From positions 96,001 to 160,000 of IMG/VR virus record IMGVR_UViG_3300002835_000001: DNA of 64,000 nt; one strand, 5' to 3'. Position numbers and translations under genes: made by a program. The notes under the pieces were generated by a model, which saw only the letters and a list, made by a program, of their open reading frames with translations, made no database searches and was not told the DNA's origin. Origin of the DNA: a virus (taxonomy: Duplodnaviria > Caudoviricetes). Below are positions 29,329-38,401 of this stretch, in pieces; position 1 is the stretch's first letter, and every line of letters starts with the position of its first letter.

Positions 29329-29852
29329 TAGATTTTTGATATTTGATTAAGTGTTAATTCGACAGCTGTGTTTCTACCAAAAATTTTCACTTCGATTGAA
29401 ACTTTTTCTCCATTTATTTCGGAAATAATTCCTTCGAATGAACTAAATGGTCCTTCAGTAACTGTAATTTGATCACCTATCGAATATTTTAATTTTTTAG
29501 AATCCACATGTTGTTCTAACACTTTATCTACTAAAATACGTTTGATGTCACTATCTCTTAATTCAATAGGAACTCTATTTCCACCCATACCCATAATATT
29601 AGGTAACAATGAGATAGTTTTTAATTCATCTTCATTTAGTTTTTTAGGTGTTTCAAAATAAAGATATCCACTATAAAGAACTTTTTCTCTAATTGCTTTC
29701 TTATTACGAACAACAACAACATTTTTTTCTGTTGGACATACGAATCGAGTAATACTATTCATCTTACCCAAAGAAATATATTTATTAAATTCTTCCGCTA
29801 ACGATCTTTCCTTACCGGGTAGAACTTTTACCAAGTACCATTTTGTTTCCAT
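29328..29852 (-). CDS. nusG: Transcription elongation/antitermination factor, NusG family
   Basis: NGN domain WYLVKVLPGKE...SGYLYFE; KOW domain GDQITVTEGPFSSFEG...KIFGRNTAVEL. Confidence 0.92.
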   Translation of the reverse strand: METKWYLVKVLPGKERSLAEEFNKYISLGKMNSITRFVCPTEKNVVVVRNKKAIREKVLYSGYLYFETPKKLNEDELKTISLLPNIMGMGGNRVPIELRDSDIKRILVDKVLEQHVDSKKLKYSIGDQITVTEGPFSSFEGIISEINGEKVSIEVKIFGRNTAVELTLNQISKI

Positions 29853-29865
29853 AATATCTTTTTTA

Positions 29866-29873
29866 AATAAATA
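29866..29873 (-). promoter_or_regulatory. TATTTATT motif
   Basis: 13 nt upstream of nusG ATG. Confidence 0.45.
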
Positions 29874-29878
29874 CGAAT

Positions 29879-30721
29879 TTAATAATTCATAATCAAGAGT
29901 TCGGTACCCATATTCTGTTTACCATCTTTCTTAGCAGCCGCAGCTTTTGCAAAATCTTTTTGTTCCCATTTATACTCATCTTTAGGAAACCATTCTGATA
30001 ATTTAGGGAAGTCATAGTAAGATAAACTAAACTTACCTTTAATATTCTTAATACACTCAGCAAGTCTTGTGTGGTCATTCACATCAAAATCGTGATTGGA
30101 GTAGTAATTCTCAGTCTTCCAATATGGTGGGTCCATATAGAAATAGGTCATTGGTGAATCGTATTTTTCAACGACTTGTTGAAAGTCCATATTCTCAACG
30201 AATGTTAATTTATCGAAGTGTTCGCGGAATTTTGGGTTCTTTAACTTATCCATAAAGATAAGAACCTTACAACGATACTTTCCCTTATAATCTGTGTAAG
30301 CTGCAGTTTCTGGTTTAGAACCAGAGAACACTTGACATAGAACGTAGACATATTTACCCGCAATATCTAAGCTGTTTTCATCGGTGATTACCAAATCGTT
30401 ATTAAAAACCTCTTGTTGGTATTGTTTAAACATTTCAGCGTATTCGGGTGGGGTATCGACCACACCTAATTGTTGACATGGGTATTTTGACAATTCTTCC
30501 CACAATACGTCGTATTGTTTAGACCACTTCATTAAATTAGCATTAAGACGATTAAAGTCATTATAGACAACCGTCTTTAAATTAGGGTACTTACTCAGAT
30601 CCATATTAAAAAAGACCCAAAACATACCTGAAAATCCCTCTACATACGTTTCGATGTCTTTGGGGATGAATGGAACAATCCACTTACCAATACGAGCTTT
30701 ACCTCCAATGTAACTAATCAT
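29879..30721 (-). CDS. Dam-like (D12 class) N6-adenine DNA methyltransferase
   Basis: SYIGGKA...YVEGFSG...VVYNDFN...FYMDPPY...LSY...ELLIMNY; target site not determinable from sequence. Confidence 0.9.
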   Translation of the reverse strand: MISYIGGKARIGKWIVPFIPKDIETYVEGFSGMFWVFFNMDLSKYPNLKTVVYNDFNRLNANLMKWSKQYDVLWEELSKYPCQQLGVVDTPPEYAEMFKQYQQEVFNNDLVITDENSLDIAGKYVYVLCQVFSGSKPETAAYTDYKGKYRCKVLIFMDKLKNPKFREHFDKLTFVENMDFQQVVEKYDSPMTYFYMDPPYWKTENYYSNHDFDVNDHTRLAECIKNIKGKFSLSYYDFPKLSEWFPKDEYKWEQKDFAKAAAAKKDGKQNMGTELLIMNY

Positions 30722-30744
30722 CTTTTTCTATTTGTTTATATCAT

Positions 30745-30776
30745 CAAATATACCTTAAATTATTTAAAAAAACAAA
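30745..30776 (-). promoter_or_regulatory. Bacteroidetes-type primary-sigma promoter (TTTG-N20-TATATTTG)
   Basis: Exact match to the -33/-7 consensus TTTG-N19-21-TAnnTTTG upstream of the MTase. Confidence 0.65.
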
Positions 30777-30796
30777 TTAATAGTATATATTTTATT

Positions 30797-30949
30797 ATGG
30801 CATGTAAAAATTGTAAGAATAAGGACGAGTTTAAAAAAGAAATGTACGATTCCACCAAATTGGTCGATAGTTGGGTTATTTGGTTTGCGGTTATTTGGTC
30901 GGGATTGGCAATTTATGGTTTTTATTCATTAATTACCAAGTTTTTATGA
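30797..30949 (+). CDS. Small membrane protein (50 aa, N-terminal CxxC), below the ORF-track cutoff
   Basis: MACKNCKNKDEFKKEMYDSTKLVDSWVIWFAVIWSGLAIYGFYSLITKFL; TGA overlaps the next ATG. Confidence 0.7.
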   Translation: MACKNCKNKDEFKKEMYDSTKLVDSWVIWFAVIWSGLAIYGFYSLITKFL

Positions 30950-31584
30950 AAAATGGAAAATATTTTATAGTACTTTTTTCAAACAAAAAGAAAATTAAAA
31001 TACTTTATAAGTGTATGCAGAAAACCACTGTATATGAGTATTGGAGGGAATTTAAAACCCAAAGAAAACCGCCATTCGTTAAGGTTCAAGGAGGTAAGAG
31101 AAATCAAGATTTAATATTTGAGTTGGCATTAATATTCCCAAACAATAGATGGGTAACTCAGGTATGGGTTAAAGATAGTTTAGGTAGGAATGAACCGGCA
31201 ATTATTGAGGACAATAAGTTTCGTATTAAAGAAATTGTCCCGTATTGGCAGGAAGAGTTGATTTACGATTTTCATACTAAGAAAAGAATAAGATATCATG
31301 AAATGATGGAATACATCACATCAGTTAAAGATATTGCACAAATTTTTACATTAAATAAAAATTTATTTGTACAAATTGAGAATGACGTTAGAATGTTTGG
31401 TAATAAAAATAAATTTGATTCGGATAGATTATTCGACATTGTAAGGGAAGACCTATTGAAAAGAAGACATGGAAATTTTATCTTCGTTAAGGATGTTAAT
31501 ACCCATCAAAGAATTTCATTATACAATTTACTTGAAAGTAAGGGATTTAAAAGAACAGAACTTTTTAGACATTACTCGTATTAA
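30946..31584 (+). CDS. Hypothetical protein
   Basis: Start revised to ATG 30946 (ATGA coupling). Confidence 0.7.
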   Translation: MKNGKYFIVLFSNKKKIKILYKCMQKTTVYEYWREFKTQRKPPFVKVQGGKRNQDLIFELALIFPNNRWVTQVWVKDSLGRNEPAIIEDNKFRIKEIVPYWQEELIYDFHTKKRIRYHEMMEYITSVKDIAQIFTLNKNLFVQIENDVRMFGNKNKFDSDRLFDIVREDLLKRRHGNFIFVKDVNTHQRISLYNLLESKGFKRTELFRHYSY

Positions 31585-31798
31585 AAACAATATCTACTGA
31601 ACCAATCGTTATGTTAAATGAATCTTTTGGTTTCTCCATCTTCATCCCATATTTTTTTTGCATTATATCAAACGCCTTTATAAACTCTTGATTTGATAGT
31701 TCCAATATGATTGTTGTTGATTTCGTTTCGGCATTAATTTTTTCCAATAAGTCACTTATTATTGCCAATTGATTTAATATGTCACCTTTTTTTTCCAT
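31565..31798 (-). CDS. Hypothetical protein
   Basis: 77-aa ORF in an overlapping gene chain. Confidence 0.65.
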   Translation of the reverse strand: MEKKGDILNQLAIISDLLEKINAETKSTTIILELSNQEFIKAFDIMQKKYGMKMEKPKDSFNITIGSVDIVFNTSNV

Positions 31799-31979
31799 AA
31801 CCTAATATCTTTAATATTTTATCTATTATAGATACTTTCTTTTCTGGTTTAAATAAGTCCGTTTTATTTAATTTTTTAATTTCCTCAATCATCTGAATCT
31901 TCTGTATCTCTATCTCCTTCTTGTCCTTCTCCATCTCCTTCTTCAACCAATCCGATGCTTGTTGTAATCTCTTGTCCAT
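31782..31979 (-). CDS. Hypothetical Lys/Glu-rich protein
   Basis: 65-aa ORF overlapping both neighbours. Confidence 0.55.
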   Translation of the reverse strand: MDKRLQQASDWLKKEMEKDKKEIEIQKIQMIEEIKKLNKTDLFKPEKKVSIIDKILKILGYGKKR

Positions 31980-32340
31980 AGTCGTTTAATAGATTTATGT
32001 CTTTAAGTTTTTCTAACGATTCTTTCTTAAATAATTCTTGTAATTCTTTTACTTTTTGTTGGAATAACTTTTGTTTTTCCTCTTCATCTCTATTGATTTG
32101 CAAAATCTCTAAAGCACATGCAAATACAACGTCGTAACCATCTTGGGTTCCGTTAGAAATTAAAGACAATAATGTAAACTTTTCGTTCTTATCTTGTATT
32201 TTAATTTTGATTGAACGATATGGTTTTATGATGTCTTCATATCTCCACGTCAATGGTAATTTTATATCCAAACTAACATTCCCTTCAATCTCTCTTAAAG
32301 AATGAAAATGAGGTCTTAATGATTTTATACTTTGAAACAC
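31885..32340 (-). CDS. Hypothetical protein
   Basis: 151 aa, GTG start. Confidence 0.7.
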   Translation of the reverse strand: MFQSIKSLRPHFHSLREIEGNVSLDIKLPLTWRYEDIIKPYRSIKIKIQDKNEKFTLLSLISNGTQDGYDVVFACALEILQINRDEEEKQKLFQQKVKELQELFKKESLEKLKDINLLNDYGQEITTSIGLVEEGDGEGQEGDRDTEDSDD

Positions 32341-32344
32341 GTTT

Positions 32345-32524
32345 TTAAATTAATATATAGGTTATGATATATGATATCGATAGTAATAGTGAAATGTTTT
32401 CCACCTTACCTAACGTCATAGGTTGCGGATTGTCCTGAGTAAGTTTCATCACAAACTCTAAAATTACTCTTAACGAGTAAAGTATACTCAATACAAATAA
32501 AAATAATTTAATTTGCTCCATCAT
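32345..32524 (-). CDS. Small two-TM membrane protein (59 aa), below the ORF-track cutoff
   Basis: MMEQIKLFLFVLSILYSLRVILEFVMKLTQDNPQPMTLGKVENISLLLSISYIITYILI fills the gap exactly. Confidence 0.65.
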   Translation of the reverse strand: MMEQIKLFLFVLSILYSLRVILEFVMKLTQDNPQPMTLGKVENISLLLSISYIITYILI

Positions 32525-32696
32525 GTTTTTTCATTTCATCTAGTATGTCCTTACGATACACCGCAATAAGGAGTTTTATTTCTTGTGCATATTTTCTTGC
32601 TCTAATTGATGCACTTCGATTTCCTTTATCGTATACTTTTTGAGTATCGACTGACATTTTCTCAACTAGATCTTTAATTTTAGTTAAAGTCTGCAT
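32508..32696 (-). CDS. Histone H1-like (Hc1-family, Bacteroidetes type) small DNA-binding protein
   Basis: KGNRSASIRARKYAQEIKLLIAVYRKD resembles the GNKAAGTRARK..LE..KL.KEFRK motif. Confidence 0.65.
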   Translation of the reverse strand: MQTLTKIKDLVEKMSVDTQKVYDKGNRSASIRARKYAQEIKLLIAVYRKDILDEMKKHDGAN

Positions 32697-32735
32697 AATA
32701 ATTTCAGTTTTTAATATCAATATACGGGAAAAAAT

Positions 32736-33191
32736 CTACTTTTTCAAGTTTTGTTCAAATAATTTATAAATTTCGGTTAACATATCCAATTCAGATCTGG
32801 TCTTCCTATATCTGAAGTTGAATAACTTATCAAAATACTCATAAATTCTAACGGGATGTTCATCTAATTTATTAAAATAGTATGCTTCAAGGAAGAAATT
32901 CCAAAAATATTCATAATAATTACCCCTCTCTTTGAAGTATATTTTCTCTTTATTGAAACTATCTATTGTTCTGTCCCAACACCATGTGAAGTGGTTTCTT
33001 TGGTCTTGCTCTAATTCTGTAACGTCGGCTCCCATGAATGTTTGGTCAACTAACACGTATAAAGACACAAGAAAGTCGTGAAAAAGTTCTGTTTTCTCAC
33101 GACTTATATTGTAGGCTCGGTGCCAAATATCTATTTGATGTTTATAACTCTCAGATGAGACAAACTCTAAATAACCTTCTCTATTCTCCAT
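32736..33191 (-). CDS. Hypothetical protein
   Basis: 151-aa aromatic-rich ORF. Confidence 0.7.
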   Translation of the reverse strand: MENREGYLEFVSSESYKHQIDIWHRAYNISREKTELFHDFLVSLYVLVDQTFMGADVTELEQDQRNHFTWCWDRTIDSFNKEKIYFKERGNYYEYFWNFFLEAYYFNKLDEHPVRIYEYFDKLFNFRYRKTRSELDMLTEIYKLFEQNLKK

Positions 33192-33240
33192 AATCCTAAC
33201 TTATTAAAATATAAGGATAAAAGAAAATAAAACGAAGATA

Positions 33241-34389
33241 TTATTGAGTTTTTTCGTTATAATTTGTAAGTTTTTTCATTTTTCTCATTTCCTCTAAAAG
33301 GATTGGATCAATACTTACTTTAGACTCGTTAACAGATTTAACTGGTTGCGGTTCTTTCTTATACAACGGTTCAGCTTTTTTATCTTCTGATTTTCTTTTA
33401 ACTTCCTTTTCTAATTTTTTTGGTAAATCTGTTTTAACAACATTTGCAACATCATCACTACTATTACCCATTAATCTGTCACCATCTAATGACATTTTCA
33501 ATCTTTTCTTGAATTGTTCAGATGGTTCGTTATCGTATTCTAAATTCTCTAATCCACGTCCTCTTTGGTCTGCAACAAATTCGTCTTCTTTTTCTGTGTT
33601 GTTTACTTTAACACTTTCACCTTCTTTGTTTTGTTCAGGAAATTTGTTGTTATTGTTACCAGGGATTGATAAGTAATCTTTCATTTTCTTATCGACATCT
33701 GATAAATATGAATTATTTTCTACCCCACTTTCTTTACGTGATTTTTTAGCCGCATCTAAACCTGGAACTGATTCATTAACCATTTTAGCGATTAGGTTGA
33801 TTAGTTCAGATTCAGTTAAACGTAATGTTTTCTTTTTAGATTCGTACATTCCTGAACCACATTCACATATCTCTTTACCACATTCTTCACATGTTCCTTC
33901 GTCAACATCTTCCATAGTTGGTCCATCACATCCTTCACATTGTTCTTCTTCTCTCATTTCTTCTTCTTCCATTTGACTCCAACATTCCTCAACATCATGT
34001 TCTTCTCCGTCAACCGTAAATGATTTTTCACCTTTTTCTTTGGCATCTAACATTGCTTTAACGAATGCGTTACCTTCCATTGGTTCTTGATTTTTCATAT
34101 TTGTATTTTCTTTTTCTTCTAATTCTTGTCCCATTTGGTCTAATTTTTCAATCATATCCGCATGAGATTCGTATACTTTTTTATCAATTAACAATTCCTT
34201 TTTAGAATCATTGTTATCTTGTATATATTTTTCAGCTTCTTCCTGTGTGTCAAAAGAATCTATAGGTTCTCCTTCACATGTTACGTGATATACTTCCTTT
34301 TTATCGCCTAATGATTCCCTAATAATGGTTTTTCTTACCTCTTGGGAAACCACACTTTCTATAATTTGTGTTAGTTCGCTTATTCTCAT
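33241..34389 (-). CDS. Glu/Lys-rich protein, possible head scaffolding/internal protein
   Basis: 382 aa; LRLTESELINLIAKMVNES and repeated xxE|S motifs; preceded by TATTTATT. Confidence 0.5.
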   Translation of the reverse strand: MRISELTQIIESVVSQEVRKTIIRESLGDKKEVYHVTCEGEPIDSFDTQEEAEKYIQDNNDSKKELLIDKKVYESHADMIEKLDQMGQELEEKENTNMKNQEPMEGNAFVKAMLDAKEKGEKSFTVDGEEHDVEECWSQMEEEEMREEEQCEGCDGPTMEDVDEGTCEECGKEICECGSGMYESKKKTLRLTESELINLIAKMVNESVPGLDAAKKSRKESGVENNSYLSDVDKKMKDYLSIPGNNNNKFPEQNKEGESVKVNNTEKEDEFVADQRGRGLENLEYDNEPSEQFKKRLKMSLDGDRLMGNSSDDVANVVKTDLPKKLEKEVKRKSEDKKAEPLYKKEPQPVKSVNESKVSIDPILLEEMRKMKKLTNYNEKTQ

Positions 34390-34390
34390 A

Positions 34391-35329
34391 CTAAATAAAT
34401 ATCTTAGTTATCTCATTTAATACAATTTTTTCCATTTCCTTGTATGGAATACCGAATTTTTTTGATGTTTCGGTAATTGCATGTTTTATTTCTTGGTCTT
34501 CTTTAATGAATTCTAATGCTCCTGTGTTCCCTTGGTTACAATATGGGAACTTTTTACACTTATCTTTAACCTTTACAAACACACTATCAGGTCCTCCCCA
34601 CTTTGGAAAATTCTTATCTTTTACCGCCCTACCTTTATAGATACTATCGGGACCATCGATTTTTAATGGGTTTTTACGTCCACCCTTGGTTGTTTTACCA
34701 AAAGCCGGTACATCATATGAACCAGATGAACTAGCGTCGGTAGCCTCTTTAAACTCGATATCCTGCTCTTCAGTTAATTTAGCGTTGTTTATTTTATGTA
34801 TTTCTCTTTTAATCATTGGACTAAACGCATTTCCTTCGTATGAACCAGATGATGACGCTCCTGTTTGTTCTTTCGTTTCCTTTTTTGGTTCGATACCTTT
34901 AATAACTTCCTCAGTTATATCCTCACCAATTTCACCTATAAAAACCTTAGGATTAACACCCATTGCCGCCGCAGTACATAATCTTGTGTTACCAGCAATA
35001 AGAATATATCTTTCACCCATTTTTAGAATTAATGGTCGATTATATTCACCTGATTTTATTGCCCTTATTAACTTCTTTGGGTTTGTCTTTTTATACATTT
35101 TTGCAATATCATTAACTGCCTCAAAGTCACCCTTCTCTATTTCGTTTGATTCTGTATTCTCCAATTTAAGCCAAACATCATCTGTAAGTGTCTGTTCCTT
35201 CAACCCATCGAAAGAGCTCACGAGTTCCTCCACAGAAATATCGATTTTCTCCTTTCTTCTTAAATCTTGTGATGTTCTTTGAAACTCCTCCATTTCACCC
35301 CCAATATCAGGTTTAATTACTTTTTCCAT
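34391..35329 (-). CDS. Protein with an N-terminal ParB/sulfiredoxin-like domain
   Basis: RPLILKMGERYILIAGNTRL resembles the ParB/Srx G.(H/T)R motif. Confidence 0.55.
   Translation of the reverse strand: MEKVIKPDIGGEMEEFQRTSQDLRRKEKIDISVEELVSSFDGLKEQTLTDDVWLKLENTESNEIEKGDFEAVNDIAKMYKKTNPKKLIRAIKSGEYNRPLILKMGERYILIAGNTRLCTAAAMGVNPKVFIGEIGEDITEEVIKGIEPKKETKEQTGASSSGSYEGNAFSPMIKREIHKINNAKLTEEQDIEFKEATDASSSGSYDVPAFGKTTKGGRKNPLKIDGPDSIYKGRAVKDKNFPKWGGPDSVFVKVKDKCKKFPYCNQGNTGALEFIKEDQEIKHAITETSKKFGIPYKEMEKIVLNEITKIFI
34394..34401 (-). promoter_or_regulatory. TATTTATT motif
   Basis: 4 nt upstream of ATG 34389. Confidence 0.5.
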
Positions 35330-35571
35330 TATCTACTAACGTTTTTTAATGCACCTTCCCAAAATGACTTTCTTTGCCATAATGTTTTAAATAACTCAAC
35401 AACGACTTTAGTTGATAAATCGATTATCTTATCATCAATCTTTTTTGTTCCCAACTCATCTTGAATGGTTTTTATAACCATTTTATGGATTTGAGTACTA
35501 TTCATAAAATCTCTAATCTCTTTTTTAGTGATTTTTTCGATTTCTCTTTTATCTTGTTCACTAAGTGCCAT
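35329..35571 (-). CDS. Hypothetical protein
   Basis: 80 aa, coupled. Confidence 0.65.
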   Translation of the reverse strand: MALSEQDKREIEKITKKEIRDFMNSTQIHKMVIKTIQDELGTKKIDDKIIDLSTKVVVELFKTLWQRKSFWEGALKNVSR

Positions 35572-36077
35572 TATATATTATTATCTCTTTGTGTTATCAT
35601 TGGTTCCATGGTGGTTTTGTAAGTTTCTTCAAACTTTACTAATTTCTCCATAACGACCAAAGTCTCAGCTTCAATTTTTAACATTTCAGCATTTACATAA
35701 ACACCACTCTCTTCACCCGCAATGAACACAAAACTAATATCTCCATCAGTTAATTTACCATCCAATCTAATTTGTCTTTCACTTATTGTCATTCCCGGAT
35801 CAAATTCAACAATTTGAGAAACTTGTTGTCTAAAATTATCAATTAAACCAGATATTGCAGTTTTTTGTTCGTCTTGTAGTCCCATATCCGACTCATCAGT
35901 TGATAACATTTTAACGTCAACATCATTGATTACAATAACATCATCGTTAATTTCACGTTCTTGTTCAGGTGTTTGTGGTTCTTCCTGTTCTCTTAGAGTT
36001 CTACTTAATGTCTTAGCCTCACTAATATTTCTAATAGTGTTTAACATCTTCTTGGTAAAATCGTAATCATTTCTCAT
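35571..36077 (-). CDS. Hypothetical protein
   Basis: 168 aa, coupled. Confidence 0.65.
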   Translation of the reverse strand: MRNDYDFTKKMLNTIRNISEAKTLSRTLREQEEPQTPEQEREINDDVIVINDVDVKMLSTDESDMGLQDEQKTAISGLIDNFRQQVSQIVEFDPGMTISERQIRLDGKLTDGDISFVFIAGEESGVYVNAEMLKIEAETLVVMEKLVKFEETYKTTMEPMITQRDNNI

Positions 36078-36681
36078 TTTCGTGTGTATTGTTAAAAAAG
36101 ACCCTAAAATTAAATGAAGGGTTTATATCTGTATAAATACTTGAAAAGTTGGATTTACATATAATTCCCTTGAAATTTGATATATTTTCTAAGTATCCTT
36201 GTGATGGTACGGTTTGTTTGAATATCCCATGTTCGTCACATAATTTTTCACATAATTTTGCAACAGCTTTCATCTGGTCTTCTCCGTATTTGTCCCAAAA
36301 ATAATAATTCCTCCAATTACGAATGTATGGTTCGGACCTATATGGGTCGCCAATCCAATTATTAAGGATGCCAGTGATAGTATTTTTAGAAAGCCAACCC
36401 AAGTTCTCGATTGCAATTTTAATCATCTTATTGTCAATCTTTGGGTTTCCAAAAGTTTCGGATGATTGGTTAGTATCGAATAATTGATAAACATCACCCA
36501 TCTTAGAAACAACAAAATGGGGTATATCTTCATACATCCCATTTTTACGATACTTTATCATATTGATAAAATCGTCAACTCTTCTTTGTGTGTCGTATAG
36601 TAATATTTGTGTTTTCTTAGACTTTCTTCGACTGACGTTTAGATTTTTATTATTAATAGTTTCAATTTCATATATCGACAT
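36067..36681 (-). CDS. N-acetylmuramoyl-L-alanine amidase-like (amidase_2) protein
   Basis: QILLYDT...PHFVVSKMGDVYQL...IKIAIENLG...Q.KAVAKLC; Zn ligands look degenerate. Confidence 0.6.
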   Translation of the reverse strand: MSIYEIETINNKNLNVSRRKSKKTQILLYDTQRRVDDFINMIKYRKNGMYEDIPHFVVSKMGDVYQLFDTNQSSETFGNPKIDNKMIKIAIENLGWLSKNTITGILNNWIGDPYRSEPYIRNWRNYYFWDKYGEDQMKAVAKLCEKLCDEHGIFKQTVPSQGYLENISNFKGIICKSNFSSIYTDINPSFNFRVFFNNTHENEK

Positions 36682-36691
36682 TGTTCCACAT

Positions 36692-36946
36692 TTAATTAGT
36701 GTTATTGTTTACCTCATCGTCTGAATTTGGTATAATAACTTTATTATTTTCCAAATCGTAAATCACTTGATTTGGGTTTATTTCATCCTTTTCCAAATAT
36801 AATTCCTCATCATATTGTTTAATATTCTTTCTTTTATTCGGTCCGTGTCCGTAATAAAAAGGAATATGTGTTCCTATATTTGAAAACCCAAGGTTACTCG
36901 ATGATTGGGTTAAATTTAATTCCTGTGTTTGGGGTTCTGATTCTAC
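36692..36946 (-). other. Startless 84-codon open frame continuing the upstream gene in the -1 frame
   Basis: Open from GTA at 36946 to TAA at 36692-36694 with no in-frame ATG; directly follows an A10 run. Confidence 0.6.
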
Positions 36947-38400
36947 TTTTTTTTTTCATCATCAGAATCAGATGATGTGTTTTGGTCAATTGCGTCGTTA
37001 ACCACTTTTAACATTACATCAATCTCTTTAATTTCTGACTGATAAACAGGTTCGTCGGTTGACTCTTCGGGTGTCACAGATGGGTTGGGTACTTGTTCTT
37101 CCCAATAACGTTTTTCCATTTCTTCATCCCATCCATCTTCTATCGATTCTTGATTAAACTCATTAATTGCCTCGGTTAAATAATTCTCATTTTGGAAAAT
37201 ATTCTCCGTATTTGGTGTTATAGTGGAAAAATTTTCCTGAATTTCTTCTTCTGTTGGTTCTTCTTGTAAAATTTTCTCTACTTCTTCTTCAGTAAAGAAT
37301 GGTTCCTCATCCTCTAATCCGTCCATTAATGTTCCGTCCCAATGAGAGATATCATCGTCCAAATCATACCTCTCTCCAAATGGTGCGACTGACTCCATTT
37401 CTTTTTTAAACGCATATTCAACCTCTTTAATTAATTCGTCATCAAATGGTTCATCATATAATCCCAACTCTTGGTCGTTCTTCATAATTTCAGATAATAA
37501 CTCTCCCCTTCGTTTATATTCCTCAGCTGCCGATTTTAATTTTTCGTTTGGTTCCGTTTTGTTTAGTAACGCATCTTCTAATATTTTTAAATCATTTTCT
37601 GATAAATGCACTCTTGTGGTTTCATCAACAAAGTTTTTTAAATCTTCGGGTGTTGATTCATCATCTTTACCTCTCATAACCAATTGATTAAATGCGATAA
37701 TCAGAGCAATTGCCAATGGGTCAAATACAATTACAATTAAAATGATAAAAAATTTAACGACACTGTTTAATTCAACACCAAACGCCTCAGCAACAAATCT
37801 AAACCCCCCAACTTCCTTTTCAAGTCCTAAGTTTTCAGTTTTAATTTTATTAATCTCATCATTTTCTTTTGCGTTATCTTGTTGTAATAAAGATATGTTG
37901 TCATTAAGTTTTGCAATTTGTTTATCTCTATTATCTATTGAACGGAGTAAACGTGAATTAACTTTACCACCATCAATAATCTTACCTTGATTAGAATTAA
38001 ATTCCGTAATTTGTGTTGATAGTTGTTTTATTTGTGCTTCGTTCTGTTGAATCTTTGTTGTGTGAATTAATAATTCTCTATCGACTTGTTGTAATGCAAG
38101 ATTTTGTTGTTGAAACGCATTTGAAAGATATCCAAAAATCCCCGCCGATGTGATTAACATTAAAATTCCCACAGAAAATGATAGGTACCATTTATTGAAT
38201 CCTTTTATCTCATTCCATTTTTGTTTTAAATAAGTTGCCGAAACAATTTTCGCCAATTCTAAAGAACTTGCCATAACCATAACTGCAACCGCAGCACCAC
38301 TAAATAGTACCCCCAATCCAGTTACTGAAAAATATGCAGCACTACCCGCAATTAAAATTGCCGATAATGCCACTAAGTATTTTAACCAATTTTTTTCCAT
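36943..38400 (-). CDS. Multi-TM membrane protein with coiled coil and acidic tail
   Basis: Three N-terminal hydrophobic helices, a coiled coil, TM FDPLAIALIIAFN, then an acidic disordered tail. Confidence 0.75.
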   Translation of the reverse strand: MEKNWLKYLVALSAILIAGSAAYFSVTGLGVLFSGAAVAVMVMASSLELAKIVSATYLKQKWNEIKGFNKWYLSFSVGILMLITSAGIFGYLSNAFQQQNLALQQVDRELLIHTTKIQQNEAQIKQLSTQITEFNSNQGKIIDGGKVNSRLLRSIDNRDKQIAKLNDNISLLQQDNAKENDEINKIKTENLGLEKEVGGFRFVAEAFGVELNSVVKFFIILIVIVFDPLAIALIIAFNQLVMRGKDDESTPEDLKNFVDETTRVHLSENDLKILEDALLNKTEPNEKLKSAAEEYKRRGELLSEIMKNDQELGLYDEPFDDELIKEVEYAFKKEMESVAPFGERYDLDDDISHWDGTLMDGLEDEEPFFTEEEVEKILQEEPTEEEIQENFSTITPNTENIFQNENYLTEAINEFNQESIEDGWDEEMEKRYWEEQVPNPSVTPEESTDEPVYQSEIKEIDVMLKVVNDAIDQNTSSDSDDEKKK

Positions 38401-38401
38401 A

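Noticed and set aside
29879-30721. Calling the methyltransferase dam (GATC-specific) or part of an R-M system
   Set aside because: Family motifs are clear but specificity cannot be read from the sequence, and no adjacent restriction endonuclease is evident
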